A stretch of DNA of 64,000 nucleotides from Nymphaea colorata (GCF_008831285.2 NC_045138.2:29636001-29700000), one strand, 5' to 3'; shown: positions 1 to 13,600, counted from the stretch's first letter. The notes: generated by a model not told the origin, from the sequence alone. Numbers and translations: made by a program.

Positions 1-43
1 TCCTTTGACGTGTCGTAAACTTGAAGGTTGTTGAAATCATATG

Positions 44-722
44 TTAATCTTGAAATAAAATAGTCGTCACATCGTTTTCACGAGTACCTGGCGAGACTTT
101 CGTTACATCTGAAGTGACGATTGAAAATTTGTACAAGCAATCATCTGTTTTGCTTGGAGGAAATTTCTTAAATATTCGCCTTGTTCATCTTCATCATCAT
201 TGCCATTATCAATATAGTTGCTACCATCACCATCTCTGGTATTTGAAAAACAATATTTAGAGTAAGAACATAAAAGTTTACAGAAAGCCCACTTATAACT
301 TTTAAAGTGCTTACGAACAACAACTTAATGCACTGCTTGAGTCTGCTTGAGTTAATAAAGTAATTTTGAAGTGAAATTAACAAGTTCTTTTTATCCCTCA
401 AAATAACAAAACTTCTTTTTTTTAAGTATATATATATATATATATATGTGTGTGTTCAGCTCACTCATTAAAGTTATCTGATCGATTGTGATGGATGGTT
501 GAAAAAAAAAACAAAAAAATTGAATTAATACTAGATAATAAAAATAGCTAGTACTTTTTTCTATTCGTTTTTTTTCAACTATCCATCATAATAAATCAAA
601 TGGCTTATTATATGAGTGAGTTGAGTGACTCTAAAAAATCAAAATCACTAAAAAAAAGAGAGACAGTGAGAAGATAGAGGGAGAAGCAAGCTGTATGTTA
701 CCCCAATAACACGTGACCCCAT
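44..722 (-). pseudogene. Possible decayed gene for a small secreted protein with a PLAT/LH2-like segment
   Basis: TATA-like sequence near 780, ATG at 722 followed by a hydrophobic stretch, 79-nt GTAAGC...CCAG intron (314-236), acidic exon DGDGSNYIDNGNDDEDEQGE, then in a shifted frame TDDCLYKFSIVTSDVTKVSPGT, loosely like the start of plant PLAT domains. Contains frameshifts/stops and a MITE insertion. Confidence 0.3.
456..625. mobile_element. Fold-back MITE next to a (TA)n/(TG)n tract
   Basis: Terminal inverted repeats TCAGCTCACTCAT/ATGAGTGAGTTGA and inner inverted repeat GATGGATGGTTGAAAAAAA/TTTTTTTCAACTATCCATC; similar partial sequence near 59200-59340. Confidence 0.6.
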
Positions 723-1365
723 TATTTGTGAAGATTCTTTTCACTCTCTAGGAGTAAAAAGGTTTTCTCCAACGTTATTAATATAAGCAGTGATTTGTAA
801 TTGACCAAATGTTAATGGGTTGTTTATTAATATGTTAGAAGTCATACAATCTTTTTGTAAAACCCTCTAAAAAGACATAACCGGAGGAGCCCACAAGCTT
901 GCAAGAATAGAATTGTTGTGTGCATCAAATTTAAAGATGAATTGCAGTATTGTATTAATATCTTAAGTCAATGCACAATTTGAGTTTTCCTTATACACCA
1001 CTCAACCTTTAATGTCGTGGGTCATGCAACAATTTCGAGGGTTTTCTTTTCTCCTCTTCTTTGTGGAACTTTTTAAGAACATCCCTTAAAGTACTTTTAA
1101 GCATATTAAAAATGTTGTGTAGAACGATTGGATGGTCAAAGACAGGGTTTCTTTGTCCACATTATTTGACAACTCATAGTTTCCCTTAAAAAATAAGATT
1201 ATAAAGGATCATGTAAGGATGCTTAGGATCTAATCGTCTTATAAAATACCCTTTAACTTAAGTGTCGTGCATGTCATCATTAACAATCCCAAACAATAGC
1301 ACCCACAATAATCAGACTAAATATGCATTGCATGCATGCTTCTCGGGCCAATATGCTAAACCCCT

Positions 1366-1455
1366 CAGGAGCTATTGACATAATTGATGAAATTTAATAT
1401 GTCAGTATCCAGGAGCTATTGGCATAATTGATGAAATTTAATATGTCAGTATCCA
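1366..1455. repeat. 44-bp direct tandem duplication
   Basis: CAGGAGCTATTG(A/G)CATAATTGATGAAATTTAATATGTCAGTATC occurs at 1366 and 1410. Confidence 0.9.
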
Positions 1456-1680
1456 CTAGGTGGTTGGTTCCTAGTTCAGATGACATGGGAGCCATCCCTG
1501 TAAATTAAAACTTGATGAGTCTTTTGATCAACCTTTACCTCAAAAAACATGAGCCACTGTTTTGATCATCTTTTCATTAGTTTCTTTTGCAGTTGATTTT
1601 TGTTGCTTGAATGTTTTTACTGTTACCTTTGTACAGTTTTTTCTTATGTGCAAGATTTTCGTAATATCTCGTCTTGAAGC

Positions 1681-2165
1681 TAGGGCTGCACACAAGCAGA
1701 GTCCAGTTCAAGTTGGGCCATCTCGAGCTTGAACTCAACTCAAACTCGACTCGAGCTCAATAAAAGAAGCTCGTGCTTCACTCGATAATACAATGTCAAG
1801 CTGGAATTCGACTCGTTTAACCGGTTTATATTAAGCATGTCTTGTTTCTTTTAACTCGTTAACTTATTTAACTCGATTAATTGGTTTACATGCTACTCAT
1901 TTAACTATTTTCTCATTATAATTCAATCTTTATTACATAGTCGAACAGAGTCGAGTTTAAACAAGTTGAGCTCTTATAACTCAAACTAGACTAATTTAAC
2001 TTTCCGAGCATATATTTGAAGTCGAGCTCTTATAACTCAAACTAGACTAATTTAACTTTCCGAGCATATATTTGAAGTCGAGCTTGACTCATTTATAAAC
2101 AAATCGAGTTTAGACGAGCAAGTTCGAGTTAAACTTGAGCTAGCTCGACTCATTGTGCAGCCCTA
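1681..2165. mobile_element. Non-autonomous hAT-type MITE, apparently intact
   Basis: TIRs TAGGGCTGCACA...TGTGCAGCCCTA; 8-bp flanking direct repeat CTTGAAGC/CTTGAAAC; many CTCGA/TCGAG subterminal motifs; internal ~57-bp tandem duplication at about 1969-2085. Confidence 0.85.
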
Positions 2166-3023
2166 CTTGAAACCCAAAAAAATTGGCATCCTCTTTCGAT
2201 CAGTATTGAGAAAGAAACACTAATTGACGTCCTCTTTGGATCATATTGACAAAGAAACACTGAAACAAGTAAATATAGTAGTTCGAACGTCCACATTAGC
2301 ACTTTTATGACCCTAGTCGTCATTAATTGGTGCCAACTTCAAATTTTAAATCCACATCGTTGAATCCATAACGGTATGATAAAGAATTCTAACCCAGTAG
2401 TTCGGCTACCTTTTACCTTTTATGAACCTAGCAGCTATGAACTCCAACTTTTTAAATTTTAAAATCATATCATTAGACCTGTCAGTGTTTAGATTAACAT
2501 CTCAACCTTAGCTTCATATACAAGTTTCTTAACTATAAACATAAGATAAGATAAGACAACTATTTGGTATTTAAACAGGATTCTACGAGGCCACGGCCGT
2601 TCTGCTGTCTACGCGCTGTATTTGTTAGCAGGAGCAGACTTTTCATGGCGTTTGTTTGAGCAGAATTTGGCAGAGTTCATGACTCTCTCTCTCTCTCACT
2701 CTGTGGCAGAGTTCATGACTCTCTCTCTCTCTCTCTCTCTTTTTGGTTGCACCAATTAAGCTGAAAAGGACTCCAAGAAACTCAACTGAAAGGACTTTAT
2801 GAGTTTTATGTTAAAGCAAGCGACAAAGACAGGCTTTTTTGGTTATGATAAAAAAAAGAAAAGAAAAAGAAAACACAAGTTTACATTTCTAAAAGGTCGT
2901 TTGGCAATAGAACATTGTGTCATTACTCTATGAATCTATTTTAATAATTAAGATAAGTTTTTGAAGCTATAAGACTGCCACGAGCCTTTCTTTGAACCAA
3001 CTAAAAAGAAAGACACAATTTGC

Positions 3024-3054
<31 letters not shown>

Positions 3055-3801
3055 GTTGAACTCAATTTAAAAACAAAATTCACGATGGTATGCTATTTTC
3101 TCTTCTTGCTACTAAATCGAAATACATGAGAATCTGATAAACTGGATACGGTAAGTGATAGATCCGATTTGGGTATAACCTCTTACGTCCTTACATGGGT
3201 GTGTAGATTAAATTTGACGGCTCGATGAACTTAGCCATTGACTTGTGATGTTCTACGAGACTTGTAAAAAATGGACTTAGAAGTAGATCTAGGCAACCCT
3301 ATCACAATGATTGGTCTGTAAAAAATTGATCGGAATTCGGTTGAAGCAGCCGGACGGATCTGAGTAAAAAGAGAGGGAAGTGCGATGGTAGGCAGACGGC
3401 GATGTCATTTGTTTGACGCAAATGAAAAAAACAAGCAAAGCCGAAGCGCTGCCGCCGTTCGGTTGATGTGGGCAAAGAGCGACAGCGATGATGACCCAGT
3501 TGCATTCTTTGTCCGGAGACTGGGTCTGACCCCAACTCTCATTCTCTTTCTACCAGTTTTATCTGCGAAATTTACGAATCCGAGCGCGCCCACGCTTGCA
3601 GGTCTGCTCGATTTTCACTGGCTGATAATACAAATTCATAGTAAAAAGCGGCAGGAAACAGAAGGGAAAGAAAGCTCCTCCCTCCCCCTCTCTCTCCTCC
3701 TCTCTCTCTCCCTCTCTCTGCTTCAGGGGGCTTTAGACGACCGAGATCCGACGACCCTTTTCAGGCTGGCCCAGAGTGCGGTCACCGCGTCTGTCGATCT
3801 G

Positions 3802-4007
3802 GTGAATACGAGGAACCCATCCCTCTCATGTTAGTGTTCATGGTTTTGTTTGGTATAGATTAGATGGCCTGCTGATTTTTGTTCTATTCGGATCCTTGTG
3901 CCTGGGTTGCTTTTACCTTTTAAGCAGTTTCAGAATCCTGCCTCCTCACCCTCTCTATCTCATTCTCGCGCGCGCAGTGACGGCTCTGGTTTTATTTGGT
4001 TTTGCAG
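3802..4007 (+). other. Probable 5'-UTR intron of the GT43 gene
   Basis: G|GTGAAT donor after a CT-rich leader (3680-3720), T-rich body, TTTGCAG acceptor ending at 4007. Confidence 0.55.
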
Positions 4008-4059
4008 GCTTTTGTGTTGCTTCTTCGGAATTGCGGAATTTTTACGGCAGGTCCGATTG

Positions 4060-4595
4060 ATGTTGCGTATGATAGAAGTTTGGAGAATCTCGAGGACTTG
4101 GATTTGTTTGAGCAGATCTTTATGGTTTTCAGATAAAACTGGGTGGGGTTGCTTCTGATTGGATAGGATTGTTTCTTTGTCGTGGTAGGTTGTAGATAGG
4201 CAGCTAGTCTTCATCTGGGGAGCCATTCTTTTACATTTTCGAATCGGAATACTTTGTCGAACTAAAGGTTGATTTGACTAATTGAAGTCGTTTTTGAGCG
4301 GTAAAGTTGATATGGGGAATGGTAGCCTGCTACATTGAAAGAAAACTTTGATGAGGATGATGGCTTTGCTAGTTGTGGATCTTGTTAACTGAACGAAGAA
4401 TATATCGGTTTTTGAAAGTGTATTGTGTTTGAGAAGCTCTTCACAAATCCGAGAAGTTTTGGATCGAAAATAGGAGTTCTGAGTCGTTATATTAGTGTTT
4501 GTGAATTTAGTGACTGGGAAGAATCTGGTTATTGGTCAAAGAGAGAATTTGGTTGCTGAAGAGGAAATATTTGGCCGCAGTTCCATATGCTGTAA
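4060..4595 (+). promoter_or_regulatory. Cluster of upstream ORFs in the GT43 leader
   Basis: ATG-initiated ORFs at 4060-4158 (32 aa), 4122-4136, 4312-4338, 4319-4351, 4351-4392 and 4587-4595 lie between the inferred acceptor (4007) and the main ATG (4601). Confidence 0.55.
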
Positions 4596-4600
4596 TTCAA

Positions 4601-7600
4601 ATGGCATCTTTTAGACGACCGACGTCTCTTCTCCCTCGAGATGCAGTGGCTCAAAACGGGGAGGAAACCTTACATGTTCTGCCATCTCAGAAGTTGTCGG
4701 GTGCTCAGGCCAGTCCTCCTTCTGGGGGAATAGCAGCCGTCCTTCTAAGTTTGTCCAGAATTTTCTGTTTTGCGATTGGTTTCTGCTTGCAGAGATCGAA
4801 TAGGAGCCTGGAGAGGACGAAATCCAAAGGGCTTTCTTGGAAGAGGGCTTTCTTTCATTTTTTGTTATGTTTTATATGTGGTCTCTTAATTGGGTTTACT
4901 CCCTTCGTTACAGTGGATTTCTCCTCCAATCTTGAGTTGGAACATCAAACACTCCCATTAGATTACCCAATCAGAGATTCAGCTCAAGTTGAGAACTTAA
5001 CAGCTAGCATAGTCTCTAAAAATGACACTGTTGATCTGGAGCGGAAACTTAGTCAAGAGATAAAAGATGGGAGTGCAGAAACTGTTATCTCAGAAGTTAA
5101 CGTCGATGAAGGTCGGAAGTTGTTGATAGTTGTAACTCCAACATACAATCGTGCTTTTCAAGCATACTATTTGAACCGCTTGGCTCATACGCTAAGACTT
5201 GTCCCTCCTCCTCTGCTCTGGATTGTAGTAGAAGCATCTGCACAGTCTCCTGAGACTGCTAACCTCCTGAGGAAAACCGGAGTAATGTATCGACATCTTT
5301 TTGCTGACAAGAATAATACAAGCGTGAATGATAGAGGTGTGCACCAGAGAAATGTTGCTCTTGCTCATATTGAAAAGCACCGTTTGGATGGGATCGTGTA
5401 CCTCGCCGATGATGATAACATGTACTCTAAGGATCTTTTTCAACAAATGAGGAACATAAGGTACTTAAACCATCTGGATATTCTGAACATTTGATTTTGT
5501 CTTAGGTTTATTCCGCAAGGAACTGCAGTTCTGTCTGAGTGCTCAACTGTGAGGTGCTTTATGCTAGTAGGCAACAGCTCTCTATTTGCTAAATTCACTA
5601 CCTCCGTTTTGTTGGTTTTCTTCCGAAGCTGATTTGTTTAGTTCTTCATTCTTGTGAGTACCTCAATTGGAAGAAATGGGAGATTGTTGACCGTGCCGGT
5701 TGACCATGCGTTATGTAGCCTATACAATGCAGCCCTTGAATTTTTTTTAGCACTCCTAATCCATTTCATTTGAATCCTATGTGTCTTCCTGTGGTCCTTG
5801 TACAGGTTAACTTACAATGAAGCTACATTTTTCAATTTTCTGGTTTTGAACTTTTGATGCACTTATGAGTTGCTTTCTAGAAAAAGCTGTTCTTTAACAT
5901 ATAGAATCGCTAACCTCAGCAGAATCAAGCTGGTGTGGAATTCATGATGAACCTCATGAACCTTCACTGTCCAATTGTAAAAACATTGATGTCATTTCGT
6001 TTCCTTTTGTGGAGCCGTTGATAAACTCATGAACACAAACTGCATCATAGATCTTCCTGATCTAGTAGGGTTAAATAGAAATGATAGTTTTATTGGTTTT
6101 AATCTATCAATTGATGTTTTATTCCTGCTTTCTGGGACTAATGAGCCTGGTGCACTCTTTTGAGGACTGTGTTAATGTGGATTGTAGACTGCTATTCTCA
6201 TCCAGCTGGAAACTGGTGAGTAGCAACTCTTGTTGCAAGGATGGGTGGTTGGAAATAAATGCTCAGAAACTTGTGAGTCCAGATAATTCATGATACTTCA
6301 GGGTGGACACGTTTGATAAGAATTTTCTAGGAAATAAACTGGAAAAGAATTAGCTTTTATCTCAATCTTTTACATCTAAATGCTCAAGACTAGGTTATTC
6401 AGACCTTTTTCCCTTCAGTTTGACTTGCTTATTATATCAGAATTCCTGCATCCTTTGCAATATCTTGATTCACCATTTTCCCATGTTAGTAGTTATATCC
6501 ATATCCAGTTTTGATATCCTGGTTGCGCAGATATTATTTTGGAGGTTTAGATTGCGATGTTTGAGCTCTGATTTTCTTTATTGCATCGGTCAGTTCTTTC
6601 GGTTGATCATACTAGCAATTTATGCCAAGTCCAGGTTTTTGTTTTCAAGCAAAAGCCACGTGTACATCATTGGACAGGTTGCATCAGTTGTGACAATTGA
6701 CTGGTAATCCTGCTTCCTCATTTTTACGAAATATTGAAGCAAGAGCCTGGGACAACCATTAACACTTGATGGTTATTAACACTCTGATGAAAAACACAAA
6801 TTCCTTCTGTTCTTTTTCTTTTACACTTAATTTTTGTTCACGTTGGAGCTTGAAAGTTGGTGAAGTGGATCATGTCTACTTTTTTGCATATTTATAGTGC
6901 ACCAGTTGACCAAATCCTGTGAACGTTTGTTTGATGTCTTTTGTTTATTTATTCTGTTTTCAGTATCTCTCAAGTCTTATCTATAATGAAACTATTTGTG
7001 TGTTTCTTTTATTGAACTTTGATGTATGACTGTTTGCTTTGGGTGCAGCCGGTTTGGCGCCTGGCCTGTTGCCATGCTTATGAAAAGCAAAAACGAGGCT
7101 GTATTGGAGGGACCCGTTTGCCGGGGAAAGCAAGTTATTGGGTGGCATACAAGTTTAAGAAGCAAGAACATTCGGAGGTTCCATGTTGACATGTCTGGTT
7201 TTGCCTTTAATAGTACCATACTTTGGGACCCAAAAAGGTGGAAGCGACCTACTGTTGAGCCAATTAGGCAGCTGGATGCAGCGAAGGAGGGTTTGAAGGT
7301 GAGTTCATTTCTCTTGATAGGGTATTTTTGAGCTTCTCTTCTATTTCTGGAAGATATCACTTTAGATATTGCTAAAGACGTTTTGACCATGTAGATGAAC
7401 ATTTCAGAAGAATTTAAACATTTTTATTTGTGTGAAGTAGCAGTGAAAAATTGTAATAAACAATGCAAACTTTGACAGGAATCATCATTTATAGAACAAG
7501 TAGTTGAGGATGAAAGTCAAATGGAAGGTGTACTAGATGGATGCTCAAGAATCATGGCTTGGAATCTACATCTGGAAGCACCAGAACTGCCTTTTCCTCG

Positions 7601-7649
7601 CGGCTGGACCATGCGAAAATATCTGGACATGGTTTCTCCTCTAAAGTAG
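4601..7649 (+). CDS. IRX9L: Glycosyltransferase family 43, probable beta-1,4-xylosyltransferase IRX9-like (IRX9L/IRX9H); 3 coding exons
   Basis: Exons 4601-5460, 7049-7298, 7479-7649, all GT-AG and in frame. Starts MASFRR, has a TM segment ([19 protein letters not shown]) and GT43 motifs [102 protein letters not shown]; ends SPLK*. Confidence 0.93.
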
Positions 7650-10636
7650 CTCCTTTTATGCATGTGGAACACATCAATGATAAGGTTTATTCTACTCCAA
7701 CCACTACTGTTATTATATTCCAATAAAGAGTGTTCATGGACCTGAATGAGGTTCCTGCGGATTTGGTGCATGCATAATGGACCCTCAGTCTGGCATTTGA
7801 AATCATTCCCTAATATATTGTAGATCCGTGTGTTCCTCGATTTTAACATGATGGTTCACCTGGCTGCCATCTTGTGAGCTATTACCAGCTTTTATCTCAT
7901 ACACCAAAGGGCTGCATAATCCTGTGGCAAGCTGTTCTTTCATGGCCAATACTAGTTTTTTTCTTTTGTTATTTTTTTTGAAAATTCTTTAAATAACTGG
8001 AATGTTGGTATTATTGAAGTGCAAGTAGGCATGTCCAAGATTACTGACGTTCATGGCCAAAGTGCAGTTTTAGCCCTCATGAAGTTATCTTTGCTCATAG
8101 TTGAATTGCACCTTTTTTTCTGTAGCTTGCTGCTTACACTATTTAATGCTTCTCAGGTACAATTCTGTTCTTCCTCGTGTCTGCTGATGTACGAGAGAAA
8201 TCTGTCAAATTTTGCTGGAGTCTAATCCACTATGATCTGTCAGCATTGCTGCCTCCTTCACCACAACTGGTTTGCACAATAGCAGCCTCACTGTCTCACT
8301 CATGTACTTATCATCTGGCCTGGGCATAAGTTCAAGGCGGTTGAGCTCCATTTTGTTCTTTTCTTTTCAATTTTTGCTGTTAGGCAGATTTTTCTGTTCC
8401 TAATGTTGTGTAAATTAATTTGAGTGTCGTCATTCATACATCCTGTAGATCTTCAAACACAGAACTAGTCCTTGTTTGCCTGTCCAAATACCTCAATCCA
8501 TCTGTTTAGAAGATCCCAGGATACCTTAGCTTGAAAAATGTAGCGTACCCTTTGGTCCCTTTCTTGGTTGTGAATGAGAAAATCAATTAAATCATTCCGC
8601 CATGCTTCTTCACAAGTGCCTTTCCAGTATCTGCATTCTATCTCATCATTTTCTTAATCTGTTAGTCGAGCAGTTTTTATCCTTTTGCATGGTGCTATTT
8701 ATTGCTCTGGCCACCTGTATATGCATAAAAATTAAGATGACAGGAAAAGACAGAGATGAATACGCAGTGACATGTACCGACATGTCAGACATAAGCATGA
8801 CATTCAGCAAGTAATGGCGCCTAATTTGGGCTCTGCCCATATGCCCCATCGAAGCTGTCAGCCCGAGACTGTCGGCTGGCTTGGGCCATACATGCTGAGA
8901 CTGAGCTGACTAGTACAGAACAACTTATATGCATTTTAAGGAGTGGAGCAAAAGGCAAGAGGCATGATTTAGCCAAGATTCTTTCTTTTCTTCGAACCCC
9001 ATACTTTAAATCATATACATTAAACAGTCAGGAAGTAGTTTGTGCTAAAGAAGCTGCTGTTTCCTTGTTTCGTAGAGCCAGTTTACTGAAATTAAACAAG
9101 TGCTAATGCAATCCAAATCAAGTTGAAAGTTGAAACAGCCTCTGGCCGCAGCCTGTTACTTGCAAGCCCTTGCATCATCTGAGAGTGGAAGAAAAAAAAT
9201 TTCCGAGAGCGTGTGAAACCAAGAACCTTTTCCATGCTGTTTTAAATTAGTGAAAATGCTTTTCTGATGTGTACCTTCTCTTAAGATGTTAACACGGGCA
9301 TATTAAAAATATACCACGAAATCGGTCCAATATTTCTCGTGCCGGACAGAAGGATGGATTCTAGTAAGGTAAAAAAGTCCTACTCCTGTGTGACTGGACA
9401 CGGTAGTCAGTACGCATGAGTTGGCATATATGATAATGAATCCGTATTCTTTCTCCAACCGCTCATTTCCTAGTTTTCTGAATATGCTACAAGTTCCGTT
9501 GCAACTTGCAATCACCGTGTTGTGGTAGACAGTAGCATAATATTAATTCATCCTTATGTTGACATCTAACACAAATGTTGTTTAAAAATTGCATTCCGTA
9601 ATCAAATTCTATGCCAACAACGCTTGTTTTAGTTATCTCGATCCTGTCAATGCATATGGACAGTCATGGAGATGTAATTTGCAGAAGAGAAGTCGGAGCC
9701 TGTTGAATTTAATCTGAGCCTAATCCAGCAGGAGAACCCAATTATCTAGAACCATGATGAAATAGAGCACGGGTCCGATCCAGATTCTAACGTCCCGGAG
9801 TCATAGTTATGCCAGAAGAACTCAAACTGGTGTTGGTGGTAAAATTCGGGCCCCGTTGCCTGGTAAGATGGTTACTAGGCTTAGCTTAGGAAAACAAAAA
9901 AGTATGACAATGAACAAATATCTGTGTTTGGTAGGAAAGGATACTGTTGGCAACACCGTGTAGATAATTTTTAATTCAAGAGTGATGGAAAAAATGTGAA
10001 CTGTGAAAGGAAAATCTCCAAGGGGAATGAGTGAGTGGACCCCCACAAGAAACTGTGGAAGAAAAATCTACAAGGGGAATGGTCTTGCTGAACATGATAA
10101 CGGGTTAGTTAATGTGTCATTCACAGACCCGAAGGGGTTGATCTAGTAGGGGCGAGCCATGGCTGCCAGGGAGCTAAAATGATTTGCCACCATTGGAACC
10201 AGCAATTTTTGGATCCGCCATTAATTTTGGGATTGAGGACACTTTCAAAATTGGCATTCCAGATCTGGGTTCTAAAAGTTACCCAGTGAAATCCTTTAAT
10301 TCCCTCACTTTCTTTCTTTCTTTTCTTTTAAATACGAAACCTCAAATTTGCACCACATTGACAAGTGGCCTTACTTATTATTCCAAATAAAACGAGTCAC
10401 ATTGAAGTAGTTGTTGTTGTCCACTTATTAATCTATCCTGAAAAATGAAAATCATATTTTTAACTGGAAAAAAGTTTTATTAAAAATTGCAGCTGGCTAC
10501 ACGAGTCGAGTTCGGGTCAAACACGACAATGGACACCTGAACTGTAACTTAGTAGCTTGCGTTGGCAACTTGGCTGAATGCCCTCGCTCGCCCTCTCAAT
10601 TTCTCCTCGCTTCTCTTTCTTGGCGGGGGAGGGGAA

Positions 10637-13600
10637 ATGGGTGAAGAATCACAGATGGGAGGGGTCGTAATCCCTCCAGAGGACGCTTGGGAACGTTCAT
10701 ACAGGAAACTCTCCCCTTATTGGATTTCCTACGCAGCATCTTCTTCGAGGGTTCTCTCTCTCTTCCCTCCCTGTCTGTACTAATCTGTTCACTTATGTTG
10801 GTTTGGCTGTTGCAAGTTTTTGGTCCGCTTGGGTTGTCTTTGGTTGCTCGGTTTGAGGTTAAACTTATTCTGTTCGCAGGAGGCGGTACCCATTTCGGTC
10901 TCCAGGGTTAACCAGGTGGATGCGGGGAGGCTGGACGTGGAGATGTCCGCCATGTTGAAGGAGCAATTGGTTAAAGTTTTTTCTCTATTCAAGGTATGGT
11001 GCGTTTTTTTCCGTTTTTCCTTTCACCCCTTTTCGGCGACTGGTGGCTACTACGTCGGGGGAAAGTAGCATCTCGGTTTTCATTTCACTGATGGTCTGAT
11101 TCGTTTAGTACAAAGCTTCTCTATAGATCCTCCCACGTGGAACTGATAATTCTGTAAGACTAGCAAAGTGAGGCACTTCTGTGTATCTCTGATGTTACAG
11201 TTCAGGGAACTCGTCTTATTGTTGAATTCCATTTCAGGAGCTGATGTTTCCTGAATCTTATAGCTTGATACAAGTTGAGGAATGACGAGGAAAATGTAAC
11301 AGTAAGAGATATTTATGTACTTGGTAACTCGGTATTTGTCTGCTTCTTTTCTATGGAAGAACGAGTTCATTACTAGGGAATGTTGTTGCATCAGAAGCTT
11401 TTTGATGCATTTCATGGTGCGTGGACCAATAATCTTGTTAGCACTTAGCAGGCGAACTTGCAAAAACTAAGTGCGAATCTAATGCTTGAGTGATAAAAGT
11501 AAATCATCACATGTCCTGCCTTTAGAAATGCAGCTTTCTGTGCGTAGAGGGTTTGTTTGATGAACTGTTGTAGAGCACGTTGTCTATGTTTTCTGCCGTT
11601 CCGACTTCAAGTTTTTTCTTTTCTCAATTATGTTCTAGACAACCGTATATATATATATTTTTGTCTGGTACGTCATTTCTATGTATTTTCTATTTATTTT
11701 TCCATTCGTTTCTTTGCATGCTGGTCAAGCTGGGGGATGGCCCTTAGGGATTTCGAGTGTGAAATTCCTTTGATAACGATGTTGTGTTTCTACCAAGTCC
11801 CGCTATCTTATTAGAAGCCTTTGGTGTTTTTTTTTTTTTGTTTGTTTTTCTCATCCACTCTTATCAAGTTCACTTTTTCCTCAGCTTCCTTTTTATTCTG
11901 TTGTGTCGCAATTGACAAAGCATCTGATCCTTCGATATAACTTTGTTGGAATTAGCCAGGATTGTTATTTCAGTATGAGCCAGAATTGGACGCATTTCTT
12001 GAGTTTCTTATTTGGAGATTTTCCATATGGGTGGACAAACCAACTCCTGGTAACGCTCTTATGAATCTGAGGTACAGAGATGAGCGTGCAGCAACCTTAC
12101 AAGGGAAAGAAGGTAGTCTTGTTCATGGCTTTCTGTATTGATATCAAAGTAGTATGCAATTTCAGCTTTAAGTTTTGGATTTCCATTTCTGACTGTAATT
12201 TGCCCTGGCAACTGAAATCTGGAAGCACCAGTTTATTTCATGAGCACTGTGAGTGCTTGCTGCAAGTGAGTAGTATATGAACTACCTGGTTTTTCGAGAT
12301 GGCTGCACTCTTGCAGATCTCTGGCTGCCTATAGACCTTTTGTATAGCAGATGGTATCCTTTGAACTGCAGAAGTCCTGGTACTATGGGCTTTGGCTAGA
12401 AGTAAGATCCCCGAGATCTCAAGATAGTTTTGGTTAGAGAGATTACCATAGATAGTAACCAAATTTGGTCACTGATGGCCTTGATAGCATTTTGCCAGTC
12501 AGGCCAGTTCTTTTTTCGGTAGATAGCTTCCTGATGGAAGTTGGACTCTGGCATTTATATGACAGGACAAAGTCCAATATACCTCTTATAAGACTTCTGA
12601 TTATTATTTCCTAGCTACAATGCTAAGCTAAGCAGACACAGACAATATCTGCTTCTCTAGAACCTGTCATTTATTGATTTGATTATTCATTCCTAGAAGG
12701 CCTGGTTAGTATATTGCTGTTTGCATTTTGTAGTCTCAATGTTATCTATGACTGTGTCATGTTCAAACTTGAGGAACTGTTCCAGTTATGTATAATAATT
12801 TGACACGTCATTTGAAGGCCTAATTGGTACCCTGCTATGCTTTGATCAGTAAGAACAGGGATTGAAGGGCCAGGGCTTACAATTTCTCAAAAGATTTGGT
12901 ACTGCCTTGCCACAGTTGGTGGTCAGTATATGTGGTCTCGCTTGCAATCTTTCTCTGCTTTCCGTAGATGGGGTGATAACGAACAGGTACAGATTTTTCT
13001 TTACATTAATTTGCATTCATGAAAGTATCTGGGATTGTCCAATTAACAAAGATATCAATACTTTTGTGTACTTACCCAGAGATCGTGGGTGCGGAGATTG
13101 TGGGTTCTGGTGCAGCAGGCTGAGGGATTCTATAAAGCTGCATCCTTGGCTAATCTGCTCATTTTTATTTATGCAGGAAGGTTTGTTCTTCAAAGGCTAT
13201 CAGTTTCAGGATGCACGTGGTAGTCATGTCCATCTTAGTTATTTGTAAGGTTTATTAACAGGAAGGCTAGTACAAACAGAAAAATAAGTGTCACGTGGCT
13301 GTATCTCTCAGCCTTCTCTTTGCAGACAAGCCGCATGGTTTGTCTTTGATCCATCCTGCAGAATTAAGATCTTTATCTGCAAACGTTGGGTGAGGGGGTT
13401 GAATGCTATTCCACTGCAGGCCTTCTCGCTTTAATATGCAACCTCTTAAGCGCTATGGATACAGATTGTGGTTATTCAAGTTTCTCTATCTATTTATAAT
13501 TGTATTTCTATGCATTCTCCTTTATCCATCCCTAGTGAGAAACTCTCTGGAAATGGTAAGATATCTCATACTAGCTTATCTGGGGCTTTCTGGAATATTG

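Noticed and set aside
3385..3834. 149-aa ORF upstream of GT43
   Set aside because: Overlaps the promoter and CT-rich leader; low-complexity SLSL translation and no recognisable domain.
4532..4600. N-terminal extension of GT43 from a TTG start in the ORF track
   Set aside because: The family-typical start MASFRR is the ATG at 4601; nothing supports non-AUG initiation.
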